From Hyphomicrobiales bacterium (GTDB taxonomy: Bacteria > Pseudomonadota > Alphaproteobacteria > Rhizobiales > Aestuariivirgaceae), in NCBI GenBank assembly GCA_031416755.1, contig JANOUE010000023.1:34972-98971 (forward strand): DNA of 64,000 bases, in the 5' to 3' direction. The notes below the pieces were generated by a model, which was not told the DNA's origin, ran no database searches, and worked only from the letters and a program-made list of their open reading frames with translations. The position numbers and the translations under genes are program-made. This document shows, in pieces, positions 1-8,986 of this stretch. Positions within the stretch are counted from its first letter, which is position 1. The number at the start of each line of letters is the position of its first letter.

Positions 1-422
1 TCTCCGAGACCTGAAGCAGCAACTTTTCTTTCTTGGTCAAAGAGATCGCCTTTGGTGATGAGCAGCAATTTAAAATCACCTTGCAGCGCTTCCAATGCTT
101 CACGCGCGTGGGGCAAAAGCTCCACCGGATGTTGCAACATTTCGCGGCCCTGCTCTAACAACTTGGCGATGGCGGAAGCTTCCACTTTGCCGCCGGTCAC
201 TTCAATGGCCGTTTCGATCATCGAGAGCGTGAAGCCCTTGATGCCGAAGCCGTAAAATTTCAAATTCTTGCGCTCGGCGGCTTGCAGCTTTTCGTGTATA
301 TGTTCGGGAGCTGCATGATCGCCCAACAATGTTACAAACATATTCTGGGTGAATTTAAAATGGCGCTCATTGTGCCACAAGGTGTCATCCGCATCGAAAG
401 CAATGGCGGTCAGTTTGCTCAT
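1..422 (-). CDS. HAD-superfamily hydrolase, 3' end runs off the window (absent from ORF track)
   Basis: Manual translation from ATG at 422: [19 protein letters not shown]...[17 protein letters not shown]...[18 protein letters not shown] motif I (DxDxT) is present; the ATG overlaps the gshB TGA (ATGA). Confidence 0.85.
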   Translation of the reverse strand, partial: MSKLTAIAFDADDTLWHNERHFKFTQNMFVTLLGDHAAPEHIHEKLQAAERKNLKFYGFGIKGFTLSMIETAIEVTGGKVEASAIAKLLEQGREMLQHPVELLPHAREALEALQGDFKLLLITKGDLFDQERKVAASGLG

Positions 423-1360
423 CTTTTAGCTTCGACCGTGTCTATAATGAGTTCTGCAATATCGGCACCACCAAATCGTTTCACTTGCCTGATGCCTGTG
501 GGAGAGGTGACATTGATTTCTGTCATATAGTCGCCAATGACATCGATGCCGGTAAATATTAATCCGCGCTTTTTCAGTTCCGGGCCAATTGCTTCGCAAA
601 TCTCATGCTCGCGTTTGGTCATGGTGGTTGGGGCGGCCACTCCACCCACATGCATGTTAGAACGATTATCAGCTTCAGCAGGAATGCGGTTGATAGCCCC
701 TGCCACTTTGCCATCCACCAGAATAATGCGCTTATCGCCTTTGCGCACATCGGGAAGATATTGCTGAGCAATGAATGGCTCGGCTTTATAAAGTTCAGCA
801 AACATTTCCAGAACCGACGAGAAATTCTGATCTAGTTTGTTGGTTCTGAACACACCCGAACCGCCATTGCCATAAAGCGGCTTTAGAATAACGTCATTGT
901 GGTGTTGGCGAAATTTCTCAAGTTCTTTCACATCACGCGTGATCAGCGTAGGCGGCATGAGATCAGGGAATTTCAGAATGAAAAGTTTCTCGGGCGCATT
1001 GCGCACTTCAGTGGGGTCGTTCACCACGAGTGTTTTTGGGTGGATCATATCCAGTAAATGCGTGGCGGTAATGTAGCCCATATCAAAGGGCGGGTCTTGG
1101 CGCATGAAAATTGCATCTTGGGTTGAAAGATCAATGCGCTTGGCCGGGCCCAATTCAAAATGCGCACCCTTCACATCTTGCACTTTCACATCATGGCCTT
1201 CAGCTGAAAGTGTGGCACCTTCATAGGCCAATGATTTCACATGATAGATAAACAAACTGTGACCACGGCCTTGCGCAGCCAACATCATGGCAAAGGTTGA
1301 GTCGCCCGTGATATCAAAAAGTTCAATCGGGTCTGATTGAACTGCAATTTTGAGCGACAT
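419..1360 (-). CDS. gshB: Glutathione synthetase
   Basis: [36 protein letters not shown] and EINVTSPTG motifs. Start placed at MSLKIAVQ (1360). Confidence 0.97.
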   Translation of the reverse strand: MSLKIAVQSDPIELFDITGDSTFAMMLAAQGRGHSLFIYHVKSLAYEGATLSAEGHDVKVQDVKGAHFELGPAKRIDLSTQDAIFMRQDPPFDMGYITATHLLDMIHPKTLVVNDPTEVRNAPEKLFILKFPDLMPPTLITRDVKELEKFRQHHNDVILKPLYGNGGSGVFRTNKLDQNFSSVLEMFAELYKAEPFIAQQYLPDVRKGDKRIILVDGKVAGAINRIPAEADNRSNMHVGGVAAPTTMTKREHEICEAIGPELKKRGLIFTGIDVIGDYMTEINVTSPTGIRQVKRFGGADIAELIIDTVEAKR

Positions 1361-1361
1361 T

Positions 1362-1721
1362 TTAGCGATCTCCGGAAAAGGCATTCTCAATATGTTTAGG
1401 CCAGAGATAAGCGTTCACGGCCACAATATCAAAGCGACAAAAACTACGGGCTGCAATTTGATCTTTTGCCATCCAAAGACCAGCTGCTGCAGAAATGCGT
1501 TTGGATTGATATGGTGTCACCGAAATCAATGCTTCATCATGAGTTTTGCGAGCTTTAACTTCTATGAAGGCCGTGGTTTTTCCACGGCGCATGATTAAAT
1601 CAATTTCACCATGATATGACTTAAAGCGCCGCGCAAGCAAGCGGTAGCCTTTCAGGCGCAATAGCCAAAGTGCTGCTGTTTCTGCTCGGTGACCACGTAA
1701 TTCCGCAGCTTGGCGTTTCAC
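1362..1721 (-). CDS. yraN: YraN family (UPF0102) putative nuclease
   Basis: G..AE..A..L, GEIDLI, FIEVKAR and RFDIVAV motifs; usual rsmI-yraN-gshB order. Confidence 0.92.
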   Translation of the reverse strand: MKRQAAELRGHRAETAALWLLRLKGYRLLARRFKSYHGEIDLIMRRGKTTAFIEVKARKTHDEALISVTPYQSKRISAAAGLWMAKDQIAARSFCRFDIVAVNAYLWPKHIENAFSGDR

Positions 1722-2605
1722 GCTTCACCTTTGAGTTTCAAAATGCGGGCATAGATATCTTCTTTTTTCAACCCCAAATTTTTGGCCACAATGGTTGCTG
1801 CCTTACTGGCTGCGTAATCTTGAAGTGCAGCTGCAATGGCACTTTCAATATCTTCTTCAGCAATCACTTCGATTTCACTTTGCGCCGGGCCGATGACCAA
1901 AACAATTTCACCTTTTACAGAACCACGAGTTGCCAAAACCGCTGCCACCTCCAGCGCGGTTCCACGCAAAACTTCTTCATGTATTTTAGTAAGCTCACGA
2001 GCTACAGCAAGCGGACGATCGCCCAATGCAGCTGCAACATCAGCAAGGGCATCGATGATGCGGTGGGGGCTTTCAAACGCAATCAAAGTTGAGGGAAGTT
2101 TTTTGAAACTCAGCAACATCTCTCTGCGCGCTTTAGATTTCTGCGGTAGAAAACCGATAAAAGTGAAGCAATCGGTTGGCAGACCCGATAACGCCAGCGC
2201 CGTGAGTGTGGCCGAAGCACCTGGCACCCCGGTGACCACCAGGCCTTCCGCGATGCAAGATTGCACCAGGCGGTAACCGGGATCAGACACCAAGGGCACG
2301 CCAGCATCGGAAACCAGTGCGAAAGATTTGCCGTCTTGCAATGCGGCAATAATTGCAGGGCGAACTTTCTCGGCATTGTGTTCGTGATAGGGTTTCATGG
2401 TATTGCGGATGCCGTAGCGCTCTAAAAGCCTTGAGGTAATGCGCGTGTCTTCGCACAGAATATAATCGGCTGCGGCTAATACATTAAGGGCGCGAATGGT
2501 AATATCACCCAAATTGCCAATCGGTGTGGCGACAACGTGAAGCCCGGCATCAATACTCTGAGCGTCATAACGATGCGGGCCTATATGGTAACTGCGCTCA
2601 GCCAT
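1718..2605 (-). CDS. rsmI: 16S rRNA (cytidine1402-2'-O)-methyltransferase
   Basis: VVATPIGNLGDIT.RA, CEDTR, ALVSDAG.P.VSDPG, FESPHR and RELTK.HEE motifs. Confidence 0.96.
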   Translation of the reverse strand: MAERSYHIGPHRYDAQSIDAGLHVVATPIGNLGDITIRALNVLAAADYILCEDTRITSRLLERYGIRNTMKPYHEHNAEKVRPAIIAALQDGKSFALVSDAGVPLVSDPGYRLVQSCIAEGLVVTGVPGASATLTALALSGLPTDCFTFIGFLPQKSKARREMLLSFKKLPSTLIAFESPHRIIDALADVAAALGDRPLAVARELTKIHEEVLRGTALEVAAVLATRGSVKGEIVLVIGPAQSEIEVIAEEDIESAIAAALQDYAASKAATIVAKNLGLKKEDIYARILKLKGEA

Positions 2606-3743
2606 TGAGTTCACGTATGATGGCGTTGAGAATAGGGCGCCCGCGCGGTGTGGCCATTAGCTGCGAACCACAACGGGTAACCATACCCAGGCTTTCGAGG
2701 GCTTCAATTTTCGAAAAATCTATTGCAGAACCCGAGAGTGCTGCATGACGCTCCAAGTCGATACCTTCTTTAATTCGCAAGCCCATGAGAAGATATTCTG
2801 GTGCTTGCTCATTTGGCGTGAGTACGGTTTCTTCAGCTAAGCCATGGCCTTTCGTCTGCACCATCTGCCGCCACGTCTCGGGGTGTTTTTCACTCATCAG
2901 GCCTAAGCGATTTTCACCAGCCCGCAACCGGCTATGAGCACCTGGTCCGGCACCCGCATATTCGCCATAGCGCCAATAGGTGAGATTGTGTTTGCTCTCG
3001 TGGCCAGCTGCCGCGTGATTTGAAATTTCATAAGCACTTAAGCCATGCTTGGCTGTAAGCTCTTGCGTGATTTCATAGAGAGTGGCAGCCTCATCATCAT
3101 CTGGAATAATGAGCTTGCCTGCATCAAACAAATCTTGGTAGCGCGTCTCAGGTTCAATGGTGAGTTGATAAAGTGACATATGGCCCTGCTGCTCGGCCAG
3201 CGCCCGTGTGAGTTCGTGACGCCACTGGGCTTGGCTTTGATTGGGCCTTGCATAGATTAGGTCAAAGCTCACACGCGGGAAAATTTTAGCAGCGAGTCGG
3301 AATGCAGCCAGAGCTTCATCAGGTGTATGCTGGCGACCCAGAGCTTTAAGATCGGCCTCATCAAGTGATTGCACGCCGACTGAAACGCGGTTCACGCCTG
3401 CCGTGCGATACCCTCTGAAATTTTCGGCCTCAACCGAAGTCGGATTTGCTTCTAATGTGATTTCGGCATCATCTGCCACAGACCATAGCTTGGCAATATG
3501 ATCTAAAATAAGCGCAACAGCTTCAGGCGGCATCAAGCTTGGTGTGCCCCCACCAAAGAAAATGCTGGTGACTTTCTTGCCGCGTGATTTTTGTTCCAAC
3601 CATGAAAGTTCGGTTGTGATGGCTTTGGCAAAACTCATATGGTCAACGGCATCATGACGCACGTGACTGTTGAAGTCGCAATAAGGGCATTTGGCCTTGC
3701 AGAACGGCCAATGCACATAAATACCAAAATCAGAAGAGGTCAC
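2598..3743 (-). CDS. hemW: Radical SAM heme chaperone HemW
   Basis: YVHWPFCKAKCPYCDFNS (CxxxCxxC), FFGGGTPS, EANP, YEISNHA and HNLTYW; follows rdgB. Confidence 0.93.
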   Translation of the reverse strand: MTSSDFGIYVHWPFCKAKCPYCDFNSHVRHDAVDHMSFAKAITTELSWLEQKSRGKKVTSIFFGGGTPSLMPPEAVALILDHIAKLWSVADDAEITLEANPTSVEAENFRGYRTAGVNRVSVGVQSLDEADLKALGRQHTPDEALAAFRLAAKIFPRVSFDLIYARPNQSQAQWRHELTRALAEQQGHMSLYQLTIEPETRYQDLFDAGKLIIPDDDEAATLYEITQELTAKHGLSAYEISNHAAAGHESKHNLTYWRYGEYAGAGPGAHSRLRAGENRLGLMSEKHPETWRQMVQTKGHGLAEETVLTPNEQAPEYLLMGLRIKEGIDLERHAALSGSAIDFSKIEALESLGMVTRCGSQLMATPRGRPILNAIIRELNG

Positions 3744-4338
3744 TGAGTAATTTCTCCAACGCGCGGCCTCGGTGAGAAAGTGAATTCTTTTTCGCGTGAG
3801 TCATCTCAGCAAAAGTTTGGTCCTGTCCATCTGGCACGAAGACTGGATCATAGCCATGCCCCAATGCCCCACGTGGCGGCCACACTAAAGTGCCTGGTGC
3901 TACACCTTCGTAATATCGCTCCACACCATCGGGCCACATCACGCAGAGTGTGCATTTAAACTGGCCCTTCCGCAGCTCAGGAGTTGTGGCACCTGCGCTT
4001 TGCAATTTTTCCTCCACCAGCCGCATCGCCATGCTCCAATCGCGGGTGGGGCCGGCCCAATCGGCGGTGTAAACTCCTGGGTCACCGTTCAGCGCGTCGA
4101 CACATAATCCTGAATCGTCGGAAATTGAAATCAGACCTGAATGGGTCATCGCAAAGAGAGCTTTGATCCGCGCATTGCCGCGAAAATTATCCTCGGTCTC
4201 TCCGGGCTCTGCAAGACCAAGTCCACCAGCCGAAAATGTGGTAACGCCATGTGGCTTCAACAATTCGGCAAACTCTTCCAGCTTGCCTTTGTTGTGTGTG
4301 GCGATGACAATTTTCTGGCCGGTGAGACTGCGGTTCAT
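3730..4338 (-). CDS. rdgB: Non-canonical purine NTP pyrophosphatase (RdgB/HAM1)
   Basis: [29 protein letters not shown] and SHRGRAL motifs. Confidence 0.95.
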   Translation of the reverse strand: MNRSLTGQKIVIATHNKGKLEEFAELLKPHGVTTFSAGGLGLAEPGETEDNFRGNARIKALFAMTHSGLISISDDSGLCVDALNGDPGVYTADWAGPTRDWSMAMRLVEEKLQSAGATTPELRKGQFKCTLCVMWPDGVERYYEGVAPGTLVWPPRGALGHGYDPVFVPDGQDQTFAEMTHAKKNSLSHRGRALEKLLSDLF

Positions 4339-5048
4339 TTCAGTGCAGCTTTCTGCATCTCTACCAAAGTTTTAATGCCGCCACCCGCGAGGCCCAAAAG
4401 TTGCAGCAGCATATCTTGGCTGAAGGGCTCACCTTCGGCAGTGCCTTGCACTTCGATAATGCCGCCAGAGCCTGTCATTACGAAATTTGCATCTGTTTCG
4501 GCTGTCGAATCTTCGGCATAATCCAAATCCAAAATGGCAGTGCCGCCATGGATACCGCACGAAATAGCCGCCACATGATCTTTGATCGGAGAGATTTTAA
4601 ACATCTCGCGCGCCATCATCCATGATATGCAATCTTGCAAGGCAATAAAGCTTCCGTTGATCGCCGCAGTGCGGGTGCCGCCATCGGCTTGGATTACATC
4701 GCAATCTAAACTGATCTGGCGTTCACCCAATGCGCGCAAATCAACCACCGCGCGAAGCGATCGGCCAATGAGGCGTTGAATTTCTTGGGTGCGACCCGAT
4801 TGCTTGCCTGCAGCCGCTTCGCGCCTCATGCGCTCGCCCGTGGCGCGGGGAAGCATGCCATATTCAGCAGTCACCCAACCTTTGCCGCCGCCTTTCAACC
4901 ATGGTGGAACACGTTCTTCCAATGAAGCTGTGCACAGCACATGGGTGTTGCCAAATTTTACAAGGCAAGAGCCTTCGGCATGGATTGAAACGCCGCGCTC
5001 AAAGGTGACGCTGCGGAGTTCATCATTTTTACGGCCAGAGGGGCGCAT
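4335..5048 (-). CDS. rph: Ribonuclease PH
   Basis: [49 protein letters not shown] and DLDYAEDS motifs. Confidence 0.97.
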   Translation of the reverse strand: MRPSGRKNDELRSVTFERGVSIHAEGSCLVKFGNTHVLCTASLEERVPPWLKGGGKGWVTAEYGMLPRATGERMRREAAAGKQSGRTQEIQRLIGRSLRAVVDLRALGERQISLDCDVIQADGGTRTAAINGSFIALQDCISWMMAREMFKISPIKDHVAAISCGIHGGTAILDLDYAEDSTAETDANFVMTGSGGIIEVQGTAEGEPFSQDMLLQLLGLAGGGIKTLVEMQKAALK

Positions 5049-5115
5049 GGTAAAACCTTTCAAATTGAAAGGGCGTTCTAGACCGGATTTCGCGGTGGAG
5101 GAATAAATAAATACA

Positions 5116-6447
5116 TCAATGAATTTTCGACATCTTGCGTGCGTGGTTCAGGCCCTGTTCCACACGAGGGGTATGCCGAATGGCGAGGCGTTCGCTGAGA
5201 AGTGCCTGCGCCAACCGCCAATTTCCAGCGCGTTCAGCGGCAACAATTAAAGTTTGCGTCAGTAAGTCGCGCTGAGCGTGGCTGCCACCAATGCGGATAA
5301 TTTTATAGCGGATTGGTAAAATTAAATTTATGGCGATACGATAATCGCCAGCTGCAAAGGCAAATATCGCGTCGATAAGCGTGCGCCCCACCTCACGCGT
5401 GAAGGCGCGGTTATCGCCTTCGCCTTCGGTTACATAGCGATCAATCGACGCGAGAAATCGTTGTTTTATATCGGCACCGCCGCTGCGTGAAATGGCCAAG
5501 GCGATATGGAGATCATTGAAAACCAGCACATGGTCATCGGCATGGGTTAACCATTGCTCGGCTAAGGGTTGCCAGCGCTTGCCAACATCGGCACCTGCGA
5601 GTTCGAGGCGCCACAATAAAGCAGCCGCGTCAACAAGATCGAGAATTGAATCCAATTTCAATTTGGGAGCGACGTATTTGTCATAGTCAGTGAGCACACG
5701 TGCAAACTCACCTTCCTCAATCAAAAACAGCGCCAAGTGCCAGCCATTGTGGACCGCCAAGGCTTGGGCTTTACTCCAATTCGGCTGCGAGCGTTTTAGA
5801 AAATCAATTCCCTCTCGTTGACGGCTTTCCGTTTCAAATACATGCGCCACTGCGTGCACCGCCCAACCATCTTCTGCATTCAAGGCAATGGCTTTTAAAC
5901 CAATCTCTTCGGCTTTGTGCAGCTCACCAGATTCCTCTAAACCGAAAGCATATTGTCCGAGTATGTAGCCATAATGCGGCCCACCCTCGTCCCAGGCAGG
6001 TAGGACTCTGGCGATTGAATCGCGAATGCTCATGGAATGGCCCAGATAAAAATAACTGTCATGGGCAAAGCGTAAAGCCAACGCATCCGTGGGATGATCA
6101 AGTAAAATATCCTCCCAAATATCAGTCGCCTGAATAATGGCCCCACTAGCCCAAGCCTGTGCCGCTGCTAAATGGCGCTTTTCACGTGAAGTGGCTGCCT
6201 TGGCCGAAACAGCGGCAGCGTTAAGTGCTGCGATGACTGAGGGGTGGTCGCCGCGAAACCCGCTGAGTAAAAATAATGTTGCTGTAGCGGCTTGCCCCAG
6301 CATGAAACTGGGGTCAATCTCTGCCGCAGCTTGCAAAGAAGCCACCGGATCACCTTTCCAAGCGTAATAGTCAGCGATGGCGCTATCGATAGCTGCAGCG
6401 GAATTTGCTGTTCCGGTTACAACCAAGCCTTGGATGTCCCTTGCCAT
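5116..6447 (-). CDS. TTC38-like tetratricopeptide-repeat protein, function unknown
   Basis: Recognisable TTC38-like segments: [49 protein letters not shown]. Confidence 0.75.
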   Translation of the reverse strand: MARDIQGLVVTGTANSAAAIDSAIADYYAWKGDPVASLQAAAEIDPSFMLGQAATATLFLLSGFRGDHPSVIAALNAAAVSAKAATSREKRHLAAAQAWASGAIIQATDIWEDILLDHPTDALALRFAHDSYFYLGHSMSIRDSIARVLPAWDEGGPHYGYILGQYAFGLEESGELHKAEEIGLKAIALNAEDGWAVHAVAHVFETESRQREGIDFLKRSQPNWSKAQALAVHNGWHLALFLIEEGEFARVLTDYDKYVAPKLKLDSILDLVDAAALLWRLELAGADVGKRWQPLAEQWLTHADDHVLVFNDLHIALAISRSGGADIKQRFLASIDRYVTEGEGDNRAFTREVGRTLIDAIFAFAAGDYRIAINLILPIRYKIIRIGGSHAQRDLLTQTLIVAAERAGNWRLAQALLSERLAIRHTPRVEQGLNHARKMSKIH

Positions 6448-6462
6448 TGCAACAATTTACTC

Positions 6463-6492
6463 GATGACAGACGGGCGGTCGAGTCCCTATAT
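6463..6492 (+). promoter_or_regulatory. Probable RpoH (sigma32)-type promoter of hrcA
   Basis: CCTATAT (6486-6492) matches the rhizobial RpoH -10 consensus exactly. The -35 is weak (GATGAC, 17-nt spacer). Confidence 0.45.
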
Positions 6493-6499
6493 TGTGGCC

Positions 6500-7591
6500 A
6501 TGACATTGATCCCACCAATATCTTTTCCCGACGACCGCGCCACTGGCCTTGCAGGCCTTGACCAGCGCTCACGCGAGATATTCCGGCGGCTTGTAGATAC
6601 GTATTTGGAAACTGGTGAACCCGTGGGTTCTCGGTCTATTTCCAAAATGCTGCCTTCTGGTCTTTCGCCAGCTTCCATTCGTAATGTGATGATGGACCTT
6701 GAAGATTCGGGCCTGATCTATTCACCGCACACTTCGGCCGGCCGTATACCCACTGAAGCGGGTTTGCGTTTCTTTGTCGACGCGCTGTTGGATGTGGGTT
6801 CAGTGACAGAAAATGAGCGCACCATTATTGATGCGCAGATCAAATCGGGCAATCATCCGCGGCGCTTTGAAGATGTTTTGGGTGATGCTTCGATGATGTT
6901 ATCGGGACTCTCACACTGTGCAGGTGTCGTGTTATCACCCAAATTATCGCCACGGCTAAAGCATATTGAATTTGTAAATCTCTCGCCGGGCCGCGCCCTT
7001 GTGATTTTGGTGAGTGAAGAAGGGTCCGTTGAAAACCGCGTTATTGATGTGCCTGCCGGATTGCCAGCCTCCATTTTTATGCGCGCCACAAATTATCTTT
7101 CGGCCGTGGCCCAAGGGCGCACCATAGATGAAGTGCAAAACTTGATAGCCACTGAAATGCAAAAACTCCGCAGCGAATTGGATGAAGTCTCCGCGCGATT
7201 GGTGGAAACGGGCCTTGCCGTGTGGGCGGGTGGTTCAGATTTTGATGCGCGCTCTCTAATCGTCAAAGGCCAGGCCAATCTTTTGGAAAATACCACAGCC
7301 ACCATTGATTTTGACCGCATGCGTAAACTTTTTGAAGATATTGAAAATAAACGTGAACTGGTGGATTTGCTCGGTCTCGCTGAACGCGCTGAAGGAGTGC
7401 GGATTTTTATCGGTTCCGAAAATAAACTGTTTTCCATGTCGGGATCTTCTTTGATTGCAGCTCCATTCCGCAATGCTGAGAACAAAATCGTTGGCGTTCT
7501 TGGCATTATCGGCCCCACACGGCTTAACTATGCCCGCATCATTCCCATGGTGGATTATACGGCCAAGGTGGTGGGCAAGCTTATTTCTTAG
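6500..7591 (+). CDS. hrcA: Heat-inducible transcription repressor HrcA
   Basis: Y..TGEPVGSR, SPASIRNVM.DLE, PHTSAGRIPT..G.RFFVD and GIIGPTRLNY motifs. Start placed at ATG 6500. Confidence 0.96.
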   Translation: MTLIPPISFPDDRATGLAGLDQRSREIFRRLVDTYLETGEPVGSRSISKMLPSGLSPASIRNVMMDLEDSGLIYSPHTSAGRIPTEAGLRFFVDALLDVGSVTENERTIIDAQIKSGNHPRRFEDVLGDASMMLSGLSHCAGVVLSPKLSPRLKHIEFVNLSPGRALVILVSEEGSVENRVIDVPAGLPASIFMRATNYLSAVAQGRTIDEVQNLIATEMQKLRSELDEVSARLVETGLAVWAGGSDFDARSLIVKGQANLLENTTATIDFDRMRKLFEDIENKRELVDLLGLAERAEGVRIFIGSENKLFSMSGSSLIAAPFRNAENKIVGVLGIIGPTRLNYARIIPMVDYTAKVVGKLIS

Positions 7592-7937
7592 ATGTGTATT
7601 GCTGGTGGAGCGCTGTGATGACTTCAGCAATCAGGCCATTAGGCAGATCTTGGCCAAATAGGAATTTCAAATTTCCTTTCGCGCCACGGTAAGGTTTAAG
7701 GCGTTCAATCAAAGCGGCATTTTCAGTGAGCGGTGGATATAATCCGACATGATTTTTAAATGCCGCAAAGTAGAGAAATATTTTACCATCTCTCACTGCG
7801 GGCATTTTATAGCTTATTACTTCAGTAGCTTGGGGCGCAATTTGCGCAGCCATCTTTCGAATTTTCGTCAGGATTGGGCGAGCAGGATCTGGTGCCCTTG
7901 CAATATAATCATCAATGTCGGCGCTCATCCGAACCAT
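7581..7937 (-). CDS. DUF1801 (YdhG-like) small protein
   Basis: IDDYIA, EVISYKMPA, YFAAFKNHVGLYP and KGNLKF pattern typical of DUF1801. Confidence 0.8.
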   Translation of the reverse strand: MVRMSADIDDYIARAPDPARPILTKIRKMAAQIAPQATEVISYKMPAVRDGKIFLYFAAFKNHVGLYPPLTENAALIERLKPYRGAKGNLKFLFGQDLPNGLIAEVITALHQQYTSKK

Positions 7938-7973
7938 GAGTTTACCTAGCAGCTTTTGTGTATTGGTTTAAGT

Positions 7974-8002
7974 CTTGATTTTTGCGGCGTTTGCTCCGAT
8001 AT
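7974..8002 (+). promoter_or_regulatory. RpoH (sigma32) promoter of grpE
   Basis: CTTGAT-N16-CCGATAT versus the consensus CTTGAA-N15/16-CCTATAT, 35 nt upstream of the grpE ATG. Confidence 0.7.
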
Positions 8003-8037
8003 GCGGGGGTACAAACCGAAAGCGAAACGGATATTCC

Positions 8038-8610
8038 ATGACAGATGAACAGAACAAAGCTGAAGCAGGCGCCGATGAAATCTTGGCAGCCGATGCCTTG
8101 AACGAAGCCTTAAAAGCTGAAGCTGATCCAAAGGATGCTGAAATTTTGGCCCTGAAGGAAGAAGTTGCGGCTTCGAAAGACCGATTGCTTCGTCTTGCCG
8201 CTGAAATGGAAAATTTACGCAAACGCACCGAGCGCGAAAAGGCCGAGGCGACACTTTATGCCGCCACCAATTTCGCGCGTGATTTGCTGACTGTAGCTGA
8301 TAATTTGGGCCGGGCATTGGAAGCCTTGCCTGCGGAAGAACGTGAAAATGCTGGTGAGATTGAAAAGAACCTGATTTTCGGCGTCGAAGTGACCCAAAAA
8401 GAATTACTGCAAGTGTTCAACCGCCACGGCATCAAGAAAATTGAAACCGTGGGCCATAAATTTGATCCCAATTATCATCAAGCCATTTATGAGGTGCCAA
8501 CCTCAGAAAAACCACCCGGCATTGTGATGCAGGAAATGCAATCAGGTTATGCCGTGGGTGAGCGCTGCTTGCGCCCTGCTATGGTAGGTGTCTCCAAAGC
8601 TGAGGGCTGA
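8038..8610 (+). CDS. grpE: Nucleotide exchange factor GrpE
   Basis: LR..AEMENLRKR.ERE, FARDLL.VADNL.RAL, FDPN.HQA and GY...ER.LRPAMV.VSK motifs. Confidence 0.97.
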   Translation: MTDEQNKAEAGADEILAADALNEALKAEADPKDAEILALKEEVAASKDRLLRLAAEMENLRKRTEREKAEATLYAATNFARDLLTVADNLGRALEALPAEERENAGEIEKNLIFGVEVTQKELLQVFNRHGIKKIETVGHKFDPNYHQAIYEVPTSEKPPGIVMQEMQSGYAVGERCLRPAMVGVSKAEG

Positions 8611-8688
8611 CCTCTTTACGACTTAACCCAATTGTATCAGCTTGCCGCCATACATTCCCAGTGATGCGGAATGATGCGGAAGAGGCAC

Positions 8689-8849
8689 ATGGCTGAATAC
8701 ACACTCGACATTTACAAAGACAAGCGCGGTGAGAACCGCTGGTGTTGTTTCTCCAAAGCCAAGGCCAAGCAAGTGGGCCGCTCATCTGAAGGCTTTGCAT
8801 CACCATCAGGCTGCAACGGCAACGCAATATGAACGGCTGCTCCGGTTAA
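8689..8849 (+). pseudogene. YegP/DUF1508-like small gene, apparently frameshifted near the 3' end (absent from ORF track)
   Basis: RBS GGAAGAGG, then MAEYTLDIYKDKRGENRW...VGRSSEGFASPSGCNGNAI* (TGA 8830-8832). Adding one base gives the family-like ending N-A-I-x-N-G-C-S-G* (TAA 8847-8849). Confidence 0.55.
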
Positions 8850-8854
8850 TTTTG

Positions 8855-8884
8855 GGGCTGCCATGACAGGCGGCAGCCCTTCTA
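8855..8884 (+). terminator. Intrinsic terminator-like hairpin after the YegP-like gene
   Basis: GGGCTGCC-N9-GGCAGCCC followed by TTCT. Confidence 0.55.
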
Positions 8885-8986
8885 TCACGGCTTGACCATT
8901 GCAGCGCACAATGCCAAACAGCGCCGCATATGAGTTGCAGCGTTCTTTAATTCGCTCAAGTCTGCAACTTGACCGAAAGACGCTGA

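Noticed and set aside
52-255. 67-aa + strand ORF from the track
   Set aside because: Antisense to the HAD hydrolase frame, which has clear family motifs.
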